Below are positions 1 to 13,025 of a DNA stretch of 64,000 nucleotides, one piece after another. The position numbers and the translations under genes are program-made. Under the pieces are notes generated by a model. That model did not search any database, was not told where the DNA came from, and saw only the letters and a list, made by a program, of their open reading frames with translations. The first letter of the stretch is position 1, and every line of letters starts with the position of its first letter. Origin of the DNA: the human T2T-CHM13v2.0 reference genome, Homo sapiens. Location of the stretch: NCBI RefSeq assembly GCF_009914755.1, contig NC_060934.1; one strand, 5' to 3'.

Positions 1-554
1 AAAGCTTCAAAAAGCAACACATCTCCTCCAAAGCAAAACCTGGTGCTAACCATGAGATTCTCCCCATGTGTGCACAACATTTAAAGCAAGATGAGGTTCA
101 GTTGGAGCCACAGTTGCTCTGCAAATGAAGGGAGGGGTTATAGACAGAGAGGGGGAGATGGTGCAGAAGCAGACAGCGGCATTTCCAAGCAGTCAAAGAA
201 CCAGTCTTGCCATCTTCACAGGCCTGTTTGTAGTATGAATTAAATCCACAATGCAAATTGAGCAGATTCTTATGGCAGCATCGCACCCAAGAAATCTTTC
301 TCACAGCTCAAGCACAAACTTTTCAGAGGCCTTCTGCCTCTTTTTCTCTCTAAAAGGGCTTAATTGCACACAGGAGTTGCAGAAAACTGACATTTGCCTT
401 TTAGCACAATCTAAACATCAGACAGTAGAGCTTAAGAGAGTGTCATTTTTTTAGGTCATCTTGGCACTCATAAGTGGCACAGTTACAACACCTTACTGGC
501 GTTTTAATGCATGACTATACCTCCTCAAACGCCTGATTTGCCAGGTTCTTACAC

Positions 555-725
555 AGCAAAGAGATGACTGTCTGCAAGCCAGCAAAAGAGGCCTCCCCAG
601 AAACCAACCTGCTGGGCCCATGATCTTGGACTTCCAGCCTCCAGAACTGTGAAAAAATACATTTCTAAGGTTGAAGCCACCTGGTCTTTGGTTTACCTTT
701 ACGACAGCTCTAGCAGACAAATACA
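555..725 (+). mobile_element. MaLR (MLT1-type) LTR 3' fragment
   Basis: Typical MaLR motif gatcttggacttccagcctccagaactgtga...gcagacaaataca. Confidence 0.7.
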
Positions 726-3700
726 GCTGCCATATTTAAAACGTGGGAGATTGGCTATAAAAAATATGTATTTCTACTGAACAGCTGTAAGATCTGGCAA
801 TGGTTGTCCAGTAGTGAGTAGTAATTGTCTGTATTCTCCAGTTCACCATGGTCTCCACCCATCCCTTTTGTCTCCCAGATATGGAGGCTAAAAGTCAATT
901 GGCAATTGTATCAGTTTTTTAATCTAGCTATTTTCTCTCATTTAGATTACTTGCCTGGTACTTACGGACATTTAGGTTTGAAGTTGCTCGTGTAACTAAT
1001 CTAATGACAAACAACAACTTTTTTTTTCTCCCCAATAGCGAGAAAGGAGTTGCACCGCACTATCCATACTCCTTTGTCTGAACTTCCTTTTTGATATATG
1101 TATAGTCTTCCTCAATGGGAAAGCCAACCACTATAGATTCTTCAAGTCTATAAGAACCATGCTGATATGCACGAATGTATCTTTCAATCATGAAAATAAA
1201 TTAGGACATAATTCTAAATTGTAACTACAAATCTTAACTCTGAACATCATGGGGCAATTATGTAATTTATAAAAGATGTCTTTTATCAACTAATAAATCA
1301 GGGTGGCATGAATTGGCAAAAGAAAAGCTTCCTTTTGTCTTGACAGATGCGAATAAAGAATAAGTCACTTTTACTTGAAAATTTGAAAATAATGGGTTGA
1401 GAGTATAAGGATTCCATCTGTTACATGATTTCAAGTCAGCCATGACAATTATACATCAGAAACATATTGAAATATCAACTTTACATCTTGCATTTATAGA
1501 AATTGAAGCATAAAATATTTTAAGAGCCAGAAAATGTAATAACCATTTGTCGGAGAAAATGGAAGTAGAAGCTGGAAACATGGAGATTAGAGTGGAGGGA
1601 AAAAAAGAAGGGAAACAAATGTTGGAATGAGGGGAAATTAATGTAACAATCAGAGCATAAAGAAATAACACAAAGGAGAAAAACATAATGCTTTAAGGGA
1701 GAACAGAAGTCGAGGAAACTGTCCTATATTTACTTATTGCTTGGCAGTTTGGTTGAGAGTGTACTTCTATTAGATTTATTCAGGCAAAATATATAAAGAG
1801 ACTTAGTAAATCACAATATTATTCATCTTAGGCATCTACGATGGAGTAAACAAGTCAATGGGCCCAAATCATTCTTTCCTTCTCAAAACAACATTGTATG
1901 AAGCAATCTATTAATGATCTTTGGAACTGTTATTTCACTTGTGTGTTTTTTGTACTCCTGGGGTAGAATTCAGCTCCTTGTAATGGACAAAAACCAAATA
2001 AGGAAACAGTCAGAATTTACATATGGGCCACTTCAGCATGTTTCAATTATATGGCAGCATTATTATTTGTAGGTTAAGGCTATTGCAAATATGTATTTTG
2101 TAGATTAAGTATTTTTATGGTGTTTCAGATGTTGAAGCTACTTTTCTTATATTTCCAAAAAGCATGTTGTGTACTCCATTTGTAAACTGAGAACTTCTCT
2201 TTTAAAGTTAGTGCTAGAAAGTAGGAACAATGTCTGGCTTAGAAGTTTCCAAATGATAAAGAAGTAAAATTAATTGATAATGGTTTCCCTTAAAAAACAG
2301 AAATTCATGTTCACTGTGAAATAGATCAGAAAACACACAGATGAGCAAAAGAGGAAACAAAAATCATTCTTATTTCAGTATTCAGGAATATGTGTGGATA
2401 ACTCAGCTCTTCCTTTCATTGTAACTATTTAGCTATGTATATGATTTTTTAAATGTGCTCACACTGTATATACTATGTCAGAACCTGATTTTCAACTTGA
2501 TATATTCTGAAAAGTGTTTTATGTCATTAGCTATTTTATTATTCTATAATGTTTTCATTGTGTGATTGAACCATAATTGAAATAAAGCAATGGTGTGGTG
2601 AGCATCATTGTAGATAAATCTTTGGACATAGCACAAAGGCATACAAAATTATAACACTTTAGGTATGCATTGCCAAATTCACCTTGCAAAATGATTGTGC
2701 CCATTTAGGTAGGCCCTAGTCAGATATGAGAGTGTCTGTTTTATCAGTTCTCTTGTATTTTAAATGATATCATTAGTACAAAATACCTAACACAATGCTT
2801 GCATAGAGTAGCATCTTATAAAAGTTGGTTTCCTTTCTACTTCATTCTCATTTAGAGAGAGAGTTCCACTGTTTACGCTTAAGTTCATGGGGACCATTGG
2901 TTTTGGGGGGCTATTTAATGAATGTGAAGCAGTGAGGCTCTTAAATAAGTGGGTGTCCTTATTGTTTTCACTGAGTTACAGGAATGGACATAGACTATTC
3001 CATTCCCAAATCTTCATGGAATGAGATGAAATGCTTTAAATTATCTGGACTGGAGAAGTTTCTTTATTTTTGCTAATCCAGTCCCACTAGGTAAAGGAAG
3101 AAAGATGGATTTACTTACAGCTGCGGGTCTCATCTGTTTATCAACAACTGAGATTCTTATTCTCCTGAGTAGCAATAAATTTTCTAAATATTTTTAATTA
3201 TAGTCTCTCAGTTCCATGCAAATGCTTTAGGGATGTATAATGGTAACATCAAACTCTATCAAAAATAAAAGGATTCTCAATGCCAGGCCCTATGAAAACT
3301 ATCCTCGCATTCACTTTCAGAAGCTAGAAAAGTTTTTGTAAGAAACAAGTCATTTTCAGTACAAGTCATCTTGATATTAGCAAAAGAACATTGACTGCAA
3401 AAAGCAGAAGGATCAAAGCAAGGATTTCTAGGAGGAAACCTTACAAATTAAAGAGACTGGAACATCAAAGAATATCTGTTTAAAATTCTTTCCACCTTAA
3501 ACCCCTCTCAAACTGTAACAGCCATCAGTTACTAAGAGAGCATACTGTATTCCCTCGACGTCCTGGGGGAGAATAAAGTCTAAAAAAGAACCTTGTCACT
3601 GAAAACTTACAAAGAATTAAGACTGTCAGCCATAAATAGCACAAAATAAATATAACCAAAAAATCCCTCATACAAAAACGAATGAAAAAGAAAAAGAGTA

Positions 3701-5353
3701 CTCACACAGCACAGGGTAGCAAAACAATGGTGCGATCATCCATACCTGTGTTTTCTGAAAGCTGGGGGTTCGACTGGCTTTGACATTTTTCTTGCAAGAC
3801 CAGAGTGTTCTGTGATGCCATTTCACAAAAATAAGCCAAAAATGGACATTTAATTTCAACTTCTCATTTGTTTACTCTGAAATTACTACATTTCTGGTGT
3901 TTAACAATTAAAAAAAATCCTACTTAGAAATATACAAGGCAATCTTCATGTTAATTTTCTCTGTTTCCAAGTACTTAGTCTCTTTTAAAATGGCACTGTT
4001 GCCTTTCTTTTATGCATTTATTAACCATAAAAACAGAAGCCCCAGGTTTTCCTCCTAGCAAGCACATGGTAAAGAAACGACCCATCCTTTCCAGCATTCA
4101 TACGGTTCTTTTTGTTGTTTTTGTGTTGTTTTACCTGTTGCTTTTTTTCACTCCCGGGACCACTGTGATTCAAGAACATTTTAAAATCTGAGAACGATGG
4201 TAGAAGCTTCCTCTAATAATACTACAACAGCAATGTGTTTATTCATTTCCTGTCGCTGTCATAATCCATGGCTTCTAGATGTATTTTTAATGCCTAATGA
4301 AACAAAACTAAACGGTGACTTTAACATTAGAAATCTCTGCTGTTGAAAGTTAAGGGATTTCCTCTTATTTACATTTCAGTTTTTAGTTCGCATGAATACC
4401 ATGTTCTTGTTCTTTGCATTATCCTCTTTTAGAACCTCCTTTGAAAAGTCATGACAATGAATTGGTGTTTTACGAAACCTTAAAATTCTCAGAAGGGACT
4501 TATCTTTTCATCGCAGTGTGTATCCCTCGTATGATTTTCATCCTGTACAGGCTTTTCATTTCATACAAATAATTTACATTTAATTCAATTAAGTTTATGA
4601 TCTTGAAATGATGACACACATATCCATCGTCTAATATTTTTCAATAAAACCTCCTTGATCGCCTTTTTAAAGCATTAACTGAGATTGTCCGTTTATGGCG
4701 CTGATGAATACAAAGCAATTTTTCTGGCGAGTGTTACGATACTTGGGACAGTGAGTTCCCAAACATTTCAGCACACCGAGCTTACATGTGTGATTCTTCT
4801 AAGTGGGTTCTAATGTTTCTATAACCCGATAAAATGCTATTTTTTTTGTAGCCACTTTTTAAAAAGTACTTTGTGTGCTGAAAACAAGTTCAGAAATTCA
4901 AAGCAATTTATGTGAAGTCATATTATCCTTACATCAGTATCAATTAATTGCTTTCAAGAAAATGTTGGTAAATCTCTGTGAGAAATAAAACATACAATTG
5001 TTTATGCTCTGTAAGTCAAAGTGTAAAACAAAAAAACTCATTGCTTATGTTCTTGTGATTTGCATGATCTGGTACAGTGACAGTTATACGTTGTCCTTTC
5101 AGATGTTTGCTAGTATTTAGGAGAAATTTGGGATGACCTTGGGATGATCTCTCTAAGTCCAGCTGCTTAACTCTAAATTCTATTTAATAACAGTTTGTGA
5201 AATCAGCACATCTCCTTGGAACTCTCCCGTGGGTTGCAAGTGATCAAACAGACAAAGCCATAATGACAGGACAGTTAGATTGGTTTAACAGAAAGGGAAC
5301 TGTGGAGACGTTCATGAACAACTATGAAACTGTGCATTGGGAAGGCCATATCC

Positions 5354-5359
5354 TTTATT
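5354..5359 (-). terminator. Distal polyadenylation signal AATAAA
   Basis: tttatt on + strand, about 320 nt after the stop codon. Confidence 0.65.
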
Positions 5360-5444
5360 AAAATCGCCACAAATACAAAAGCATCACTGAACTAAAAATA
5401 CATCATATACGTATATTCTCATATTCTTAGAAACTTATCACAGG

Positions 5445-5450
5445 TTTATT
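5445..5450 (-). terminator. Proximal polyadenylation signal AATAAA
   Basis: tttatt on + strand, about 230 nt after the stop codon. Confidence 0.55.
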
Positions 5451-5678
5451 GGCTTTCCATCTTATCACATGTCATATCTCGAAAACATTAAATAGAAACA
5501 AAAGTCTCCATGCAATTTTCAGATGAAAAACATTCTGTGCATTTTCAATTTGTGTGTTTTCATTTAGATGGTTGAAAGGGTTTGCTAACAACTGTTTCCC
5601 AATTTAGGCTTTCTGGCCATGGGAGTGACATGTCCTGTGTCATGTAGAATTTGATAGCTTGTAATGTCCATTTAAATT

Positions 5679-5795
<117 letters not shown>

Positions 5796-7197
5796 TCACA
5801 CATAAGGAGGAGAAGAAGGGACACAAGAATAAAAACATTAATCTAAAGACATAAAGTTAGGCTAGGAAAATAATTTTCAATAGTAAATTTTTTTAAAACC
5901 ACCAAAAAAGCATAAGAAATTCCATTTAAGCAAATACGAATATAAACAGTGTTTAATCTGATACAGGAATTCCTCATGCACTTCTTACCTTTCTGGAGCT
6001 GAATTAGACTCCTTCCTCCCCACTTTCTCTGGGTATCTAACTGCTATTTTTGGGTCTGCTTCTGAAATTTCTCTTGCATCTTTTCTGTCTTTTCCACCTC
6101 TCAGAACAAGCCAACAGCATACCATGCTTAGACTAGTAGGGCATCCACTTAGGTTTAATCTCTCTGAGTTCCAATCCACCTGATCATGTCACAACCTCAT
6201 TATATCAGTCACTTAATAGGGACTCTCAGTGCCAACTAACTAGAGCTGATCTATTAACTAGTCCTTGAAGGGTTTGTGCACTCTGGCCTCAATGCATTTC
6301 CAGCTATTCATCTTTCTCCTCTTCTCCAAGATCACAACTTTCCCACTTCTCTTGGCTTTACTGATGCTATCCCCTATCTAAAATGCCTTCCCATCCCCTT
6401 CTCTGGCTTGGTCAATTTTATCCATCTTTCAAAACAGACCTAGCCAACTTTTCCACGAAGCCTCCAAGATTTCCATCAAACTAAAGGCCATTTATTCCTC
6501 ATCAGGCTGTCAGTAGCAGTTTACTCAAATGTCTGTTGCTACACGTATTTTTCCCTTTTCAACAGATAATTGGCTTAATGCTTTCTGTCCTTCTTTAGAT
6601 TCTAAATGCTTAAAGAAACGTACAGTATCTAATGCATAGAAGACAAACAAATGAATTAGAACATTTAAAATCTAGCAATTATGATTCTAATTAATAATCC
6701 TGGTAAAAGATTTTTTAAAAGTAAATTTGAATCACATATTTTTTTACCCAATAGCATTTGAGTGCAAATGTGGATGATGCCAAAAAACGAGGATGATTTG
6801 ATAAGCAAAGAAATCTTACTAAGAAAAATATCGTGAGATGTCTTACATATGCCAGGCTTAGGGTGTGGCTTTTACTCTATAGGTAATAAAAAGAAGTTAT
6901 TTAAGCACTTTAATCAGGGGAATGACATGATCATATTTGTATTTTAGAAAGGTAGCTCTTACAGCAAATTATATAGACTGTAGAGAAAAGAGGAGGAAGG
7001 GTACTGTATTACTTCATGTAGAGGTGACAGGATGGAATAAAAGGTAAGGATAGTGAGGAAGGAACAAATTCAAGCGATATTTGGGATGAAATAACTCTTC
7101 AATAAATGGCCCCAGAACAACTGCTTATCCAAATAGAAGAAAATAAAAATGGTAATCTCACATCATACATAAATAGCAATTCCAGATGGATTAATGA

Positions 7198-7537
7198 TGT
7201 TGTAGGAGTCTCTTCTTGGTTCGACTAAAGACAGGGTCCTTGTCACAAGGCCATGAAAAATTAGGCTCACAGACAATTTGAAGGGGGAGAAAAATGGAAT
7301 TTATTGGGCAAAATGGGGGAAAAAAGGGAAACAGGGACCCTCCGCAAAGCCAGAGTCCCTGTGGGTGCACTTCCTGACTCGCAGATTGAATCCCAGCTAT
7401 CACCCAGGAAGAGGAGGGGTCAGGCTCCTGCCTGCTGCAAACAGCATGAACTTCTGTGGCTCCACCCCAGTGCACATTCCTCCCAGTGCGCAGGCCATTT
7501 GAAGTCTCTGGGGACCCCTTCCCACCCGGCTGTCTCA
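7198..7537 (-). mobile_element. MER61-family solo LTR (ERV1)
   Basis: TG...CA termini (minus strand TGAGACAGCC...CCTACAACA); 4-bp TSD ATGA at 7194-7197 and 7538-7541; inserted in an old L1 fragment. Confidence 0.85.
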
Positions 7538-7619
7538 ATGAGATTAAATAAGAAAGGAACAATGCAAAACATTTAGAAGGTTGTATATGAGAATATCTTG
7601 TTCAAATTGGGTCACTGAA

Positions 7620-9420
7620 GGATGTCTGCCCTCTCAGTTCCTTGGCCTCCCATTGTCACTGATCTTCACGCTTCAACCTTCCACCTTCAGAGTTACATCT
7701 GGGCCCTGATTTTTCATCACTTTCAACAGTCTGACCTCCAAACTCTCTGACCACAATGTCTCCTCCCACGATTTGGCTATGCAACCATCTTACTTGTTTG
7801 TTCTCATCATGATCTCTTGTCCATGGGCTCACATACTTTTCCTTTAACCATCTTCCGTCTTTGCTTCCTCCATAACCAGCTTAGATTGCATAGTCCGTCT
7901 TTTGAATCATTCTCTTATCAGTTTCTTAAACCTCCTTACAACATCCCTCCAGGAAAACCATAACTGTCCATAAATCCAACTCTGTTCTTCCCTGTGCCTT
8001 CACCAATAACTGAGTCCTGCGGGAGGCATATGTCAACAACAAGGCAAATCCATCCTCTATCAGTTCAACCTCAACTGGATTCTCATTCACTGCCCAGCAA
8101 TCAAAATTTGTGTCCCTCTCATTAGGTTACTTTCCCTTTCCAATGCCTATTTTAAATCTTCCTTCTTCTTCAATCTTCAGTTCTTCTTTTTAGCCCCCAT
8201 TTCCAGAAGATGACCAATAAGGTCTCCTTCATAAACTCGATCGAAGCCATTAGACAGCAACAACTCTACCTAAAACGGCAACCATGCCAGCGTCTTAGCA
8301 GATCTTTTTATCCTACCTTCCAGTTACAATGGCTCTCTCCTATCCAAGGCCCACCATCCACTTGTATTCTTCATTCATTCTTCTTCTTAGGACATTTTAC
8401 TACCAAATACTCCCTGTTTCTCTTCTACTTTAGCTTTCACCTCTTCCTTTCTAATGATTCCATTATCATTTAAACACGTCTTACACATTAAAAATAAAAC
8501 AAAACAAAAAGACACCACTTTGACCCCATTTTCTTCCCTTCATAGCCAAATTTCTTTAAAGAGTTGTCTGGAATTCCTATCTCCAGTCTTAAATTCCATC
8601 CCACTGACTCCAGGCTGCTGTCTGCCTTCAGCTCTCCTCTGAAATAACCCTCTCAGAGGATGTCAGTAACTTCCTTCCATGTGGCTAAGAGTAGTGGACA
8701 CTTAGGAGTTTTCATCTTATTTGACCCCTTAACAGCATTTGATATAATTGGCCACTTCCTCCTTCTCTGCCACTGGCTTCTTCTACCGTACTCCCCTGCT
8801 TTTCCTCGTATCCATTCATTCTCATCTTCTCAATCTTCATCCATGGCTCTGTCTGCTTCCCCCAAACAAAAATTGTTAGAGTTCATCAGAACAAATTCCC
8901 CTTCTGTTTTCATTCTGTTCCCCCTCCCTAGATGACATCTTTCACTACCTGAATTCAAATGGCATTCATATGGAACCATCTTCTAAATTTCTATCTCCAC
9001 CCCAGAAACCTCTTTGGAATGGAACACTTCATATCCAACACTTCTTAGCCATCTCCACTTGGAAGTCTCACAGCCACCTCAAGCTTAATAGATTCCAAAT
9101 GAAATTTTTTATTTTTTCTATATAAACATGAATCTCTTTCCAAGTATTTTCCTGTATCCATAATAGATGTTATCACTTAGTTGTTCAAGACGGAAATCTG
9201 CGTGCCTCACACTCACTCCCACCCTCATCTCCCCTATGCTGCATCCAACTGATTATCATATTCTTGTGATTCAGCTGCCTACACATATTTCAAAGTCATT
9301 CACTTCTCTTTATTGCTATTGTCATTCACCCCAGTAAAGCCTACTTCCCACTGTCCCTGCACCCTGTCTTGTCCCTGTCTGATGAACTATTCATACTGTA
9401 TCTAGAGTAATTGCCTAAAT
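7620..9420 (+). mobile_element. Degraded L2 LINE (boundaries approximate)
   Basis: Pyrimidine-rich L2 motifs, e.g. acagcatttgatataattggccacttcctccttct and atatccaac...atctccacttgga. Confidence 0.65.
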
Positions 9421-9913
9421 TGTGAAATTCACTAATAAGATACAATGTTTTTGAGAAACAGGAAGAAATAAGACAGGATCAATCTTCTGAGATTCAAGAG
9501 AAAGGAAGATTCTGTTCTGTATGAGGGAAACAGGGAAGTTTGGAGGGGCTCATGCCTTGGGAGTTTTGTATCATTCCTTTTCTCCAGCATCGTTCAATAT
9601 CCTAGGCATAACACAGAGGAAATAGATTATAGGACTGTGATTCATTTGAACAGCCATATGGTCTGTGCTGGGCTGGAAGGGAAGTGAAAACAGGAGGCTA
9701 CTGATCACTGGGAGAATTAGGAAGTGAGGCCTCAACAATGCAGGAAAACAGTTTAGGTGGGACCAAAGCATAGGAAAAGGGTGAAAATAAGACATTCTCA
9801 TCTGAGAATGAGATATTTGGAGTTTAAGATTTTACAGATGAAGTTCCTTTGAGTATTGACAAGATCCATGGTATGACCATGGGAATGTAGGTCAGTATAA
9901 GATTGTTATGCAG

Positions 9914-10216
9914 TTTTTTGTTTGTTTGTTTGTTTAGACAAGTCTCGCTCTTTTGCCCAGGCTGGAGTGAAGTGGTGTCATCTTGGCTCACTGCAACCTC
10001 CGTCCCCTGGGGTTCAAGTGATTCTCCTGCCTCAGCCTCCTGAGTAGCTGGGATTACAGGCGTGTGGCACCACACCCAGCTAATTTTTGTATTTTTAGTA
10101 GAGACGGGGTTTTGCCATGTTGGCCAGGCTGATCTCTAATTCCTGACCTCAGGTGATCCACCCGTCTCGGCCTCCAAAAGTGCTTGGATTACAGGCATGA
10201 GCCACCGTGCCCGGCC
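9914..10216 (-). mobile_element. AluS (Sx-like)
   Basis: Full dimer; TSD tgttatgcagtttt at 9904-9917 and 10217-10230. Confidence 0.92.
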
Positions 10217-10509
10217 TGTTATGCAGTTTTATACATACACACAGATGTATGCATGCATGCATACACACTTTTATATTCTCATTCTCCCTCTCTCACTGTA
10301 GGAAGAGGAAATAATGTAAAAAATAACGAGCAGGAAGAACAGAGTAGCCACTCTCTTTGGTTATCCTAACACATGGCTTACATGTCTTTGTATAGCTATT
10401 CACACTTAAATCCCTTTCCTAGCTCACAACTTTTAACTCATGATCTATGGTTCAGAATTTTTATTGATCTCTTTGTTTATACCTCACTTTACTGTATAGA
10501 CAGTTAAAA

Positions 10510-11050
10510 TTCTTTTCAAAAATTTTGGATATATTTCGAGGGTACAAGTGCAAATTTCTTACATGCATATATTGCACAGTGGTGAAGTCTGGGCTTTTAA
10601 TGCACCCACCACCCATATAGTGAACACTGCACCCAATAGGTAATTTTTTAACCCTCATTCCCCCTCCCCATTTCCCATCTTTTGGGGTCTCCAATGTCTA
10701 TTATTCCATGTGTACCCCTTGTTTAGCTCTCACTAATAAGTGAGAACATGCAGTTTTGACTTTCTGTTTCTGAGTGATTTCACTTAGGATAAGGGCCTCC
10801 AGTTCCATTTATGTTGCTGCAAAAGACATGATTCATTCTTTTTTATGACTGAGTAGGCATTCTATGGCATATATGTACCACATTTTAAAAATCCAATACT
10901 CTATGAATGGGCACTTAGGTTGATTCCATATCTTTGCTATTGTGAATAGTGCCGCAATACACATACAAGTGCAGGTATGTTTTTGACACCGTGATTTCTT
11001 TCCCTTTAGGTATATATCCAGTAGGGGGATTGCTGGATCAAATGGCTGTT
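10510..11050 (-). mobile_element. L1 3' end (L1PB/L1MA-like)
   Basis: Antisense L1 3'UTR and ORF2 end (ataagtgagaacatgc, gttgattccatatctttgctattgtgaatagtg). Confidence 0.85.
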
Positions 11051-12005
11051 TACAGACAGTCTTTAAAGCAGATACAACTTTATGAAATTTAGACGATTTC
11101 TTCTAGATACATACTTCGCACCATTCACCATTTTTCATACTCACATGGCTTTTACTGACCTCCTCGTAGCCCACATCCACCATGGTAACCTTTGTTATCC
11201 TGGAGTATGGAGTGCCAACTGTAAGCCTGGAGATTTCACTCTTCCACATCACTACCAAATAATTGAATGTGAGCGCTGCCAGCCTGGATGCCAACGGATC
11301 CTGATATTCATATGTCTCTATGCCCAATGGGCCTGTTTTTTCCTCACTTCTGCTTTCTGATCTTTAAATTATTTCTTATATCAAAACAAAACGTTCCAAC
11401 TAATTTCTTGGTAAATTATATAATCAAGGGATTGACTTGATCCTTTGATTACATAATTGTATAACCCCTCGATTATAGGATTTTAAAGTTATTAATTTCC
11501 CTTTTACCTGAGTTATTTTCTCACTCCTTCTCCCAAGTAGATGATTCATAAGGGTTCATGAGTCCCTGTCTTGACTCCATTGTTATACAAAATATAGCAG
11601 AAAAACTCTCCCAACAGTCAATCACTTTAATAGACAATAATTATTACTTTACGAATTTTGTTATTACAGCCAGGTCATCACAATGAATAATGCCAGTTAC
11701 CTGTAGGTGTTTCTGGGCCCTGGATTAGAGGACCTAATCCTATACTAAGAGCTTGATTTCCATACGCAAATGAGATTTAGAAAAAAATCTAGTCTCCAAT
11801 TGCCCTATATTTGTTGTTTAGGTAATAGGAGGAGAATAGATTGCTAGCTACAGCAACTCCACCTAATATCTACCTCTCATGGCCACCCGCCTCGCTTCTG
11901 CTCCAGTCCTTGGCCTCCCCGCTCATAGTTCTGGTCATTGTTGCTTTTTAAATCTGGAAAGAAGTGAAATAAAGTCCTAGTCCATAGCTCAACTACCTGA
12001 GAAGG

Positions 12006-12980
12006 AATCTAGATGCCTTATACTGTTCACTCCTTCCTAGAAAAATCACTATCAAACCATAGTCAAGGGTATGGGTTTTGAGGTCACAGCATCTTGGATC
12101 TGTACTCTGACTCTCCCAGTCACTGGGCACATCACTGAACCTCTTAACCCAACCTTCTCATATGTGTAAAGGGATCACATACCTCTGGGGGTCACTGCAA
12201 AGATGAATTAAACATACATCTTTAATAGATGTTTGAACACCTGTATTCACAGTCTCTTCCTTTCTTTACGTCCTTTGATCTTTCCCCTTCCTATTTTGTC
12301 TGATGATTCCCCCAGCCTTCTGCAAACCCAAGTCTGCAGTGTGTGGGAGGGAAGAGTGGAGGAGCACAGGTCGGGGGAATTTACACTGGCAAGGGCAGAG
12401 GACTCCTTATGGGACAGAAAAGAGCAACAGAAATAGAAGGAATGAAAAAGGGGGAAAGAGAACTTCACCCTGTTTTGAAGAGTTTGAGGGGTTTGGAGTA
12501 GAAAGATTATTTTAAAGGCAACTCTGGGGTGAGAGAGATATACTATGAAAGATTAAGGACTTAAAGCTTAATAGTGCATGATTGTACTCTCTATCTTCGA
12601 GAGAGTAAAACTAGGATTCAAATTACTTTCAGGCCGGGTGGATGCCTGTAATCCCAGTGCATTGGGAGGCCAAGGCAGGAGGATGGCTTGAAGCCAGAAG
12701 TTCAAGACCATCTTGGGCAACATAGTGAGACCCTGTCTCTTAAAAAAAAAAAAAAAAAAAAAAAAAAGTTAACCAGACATAGGTGTGGTCACGTGCGCCT
12801 GTAGTCTAGGTAGCTGGGTGGGTCTGAGAGGCTGAGACGGGAGGATGGCTTGAGCCCAGCTCTTCAAGGCTGCAGTGAGCTATGATTGCGCCATTGCTGT
12901 GACCTCAAAACCCATACCCTTGACTATGGTTTGATAGTGATTTTTCTAGGAAGGAGTGAACAGCACAATGCATCTAGATT
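12006..12980. repeat. 86-bp inverted repeat pair (12006-12091 and 12895-12980)
   Basis: 12895-12963 is the exact reverse complement of 12023-12091 (69 bp); 3 mismatches in the remaining 17 bp. Confidence 0.95.
12060..12215 (+). mobile_element. MIR fragment
   Basis: Degenerate MIR core (gggcacatcactgaacctct...ctcatatgtgtaaaggg). Confidence 0.55.
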
Positions 12981-13025
12981 TAAGAGACCTTATCTCTTTA
13001 AAAAAAAAAAAAGGAAAGAAAAAAA
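12632..13025 (+). mobile_element. AluJ with expanded middle A-run and an internal 86-bp foreign insertion
   Basis: AluJ diagnostics (ggaggatggcttgagccca...aaggctgcagtgagctatgat); TSD-like tactttca on both sides. Confidence 0.88.

Larger units (their letters stand above)
5335..5678 (-). other. ODAD2: ODAD2 3'UTR (end approximate)
   Basis: Sequence after the stop codon; end placed about 20 nt downstream of the distal AATAAA. Confidence 0.7.

Noticed and set aside
5985-6179. Strong donor AAG|GTAAGA about 200 nt before the last acceptor, with a 64-aa ORF
   Set aside because: No convincing upstream acceptor; isolated donor-like motifs are common.
7198-7537. p53 response element in the MER61 LTR
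   Set aside because: Some MER61 subfamilies carry one, but I see no RRRCWWGYYY pair in this copy.
11103-11327. 74-aa minus-strand ORF with donor-like sites as a cryptic exon or pseudogene
   Set aside because: No polypyrimidine tract or acceptor upstream and no recognisable homology.
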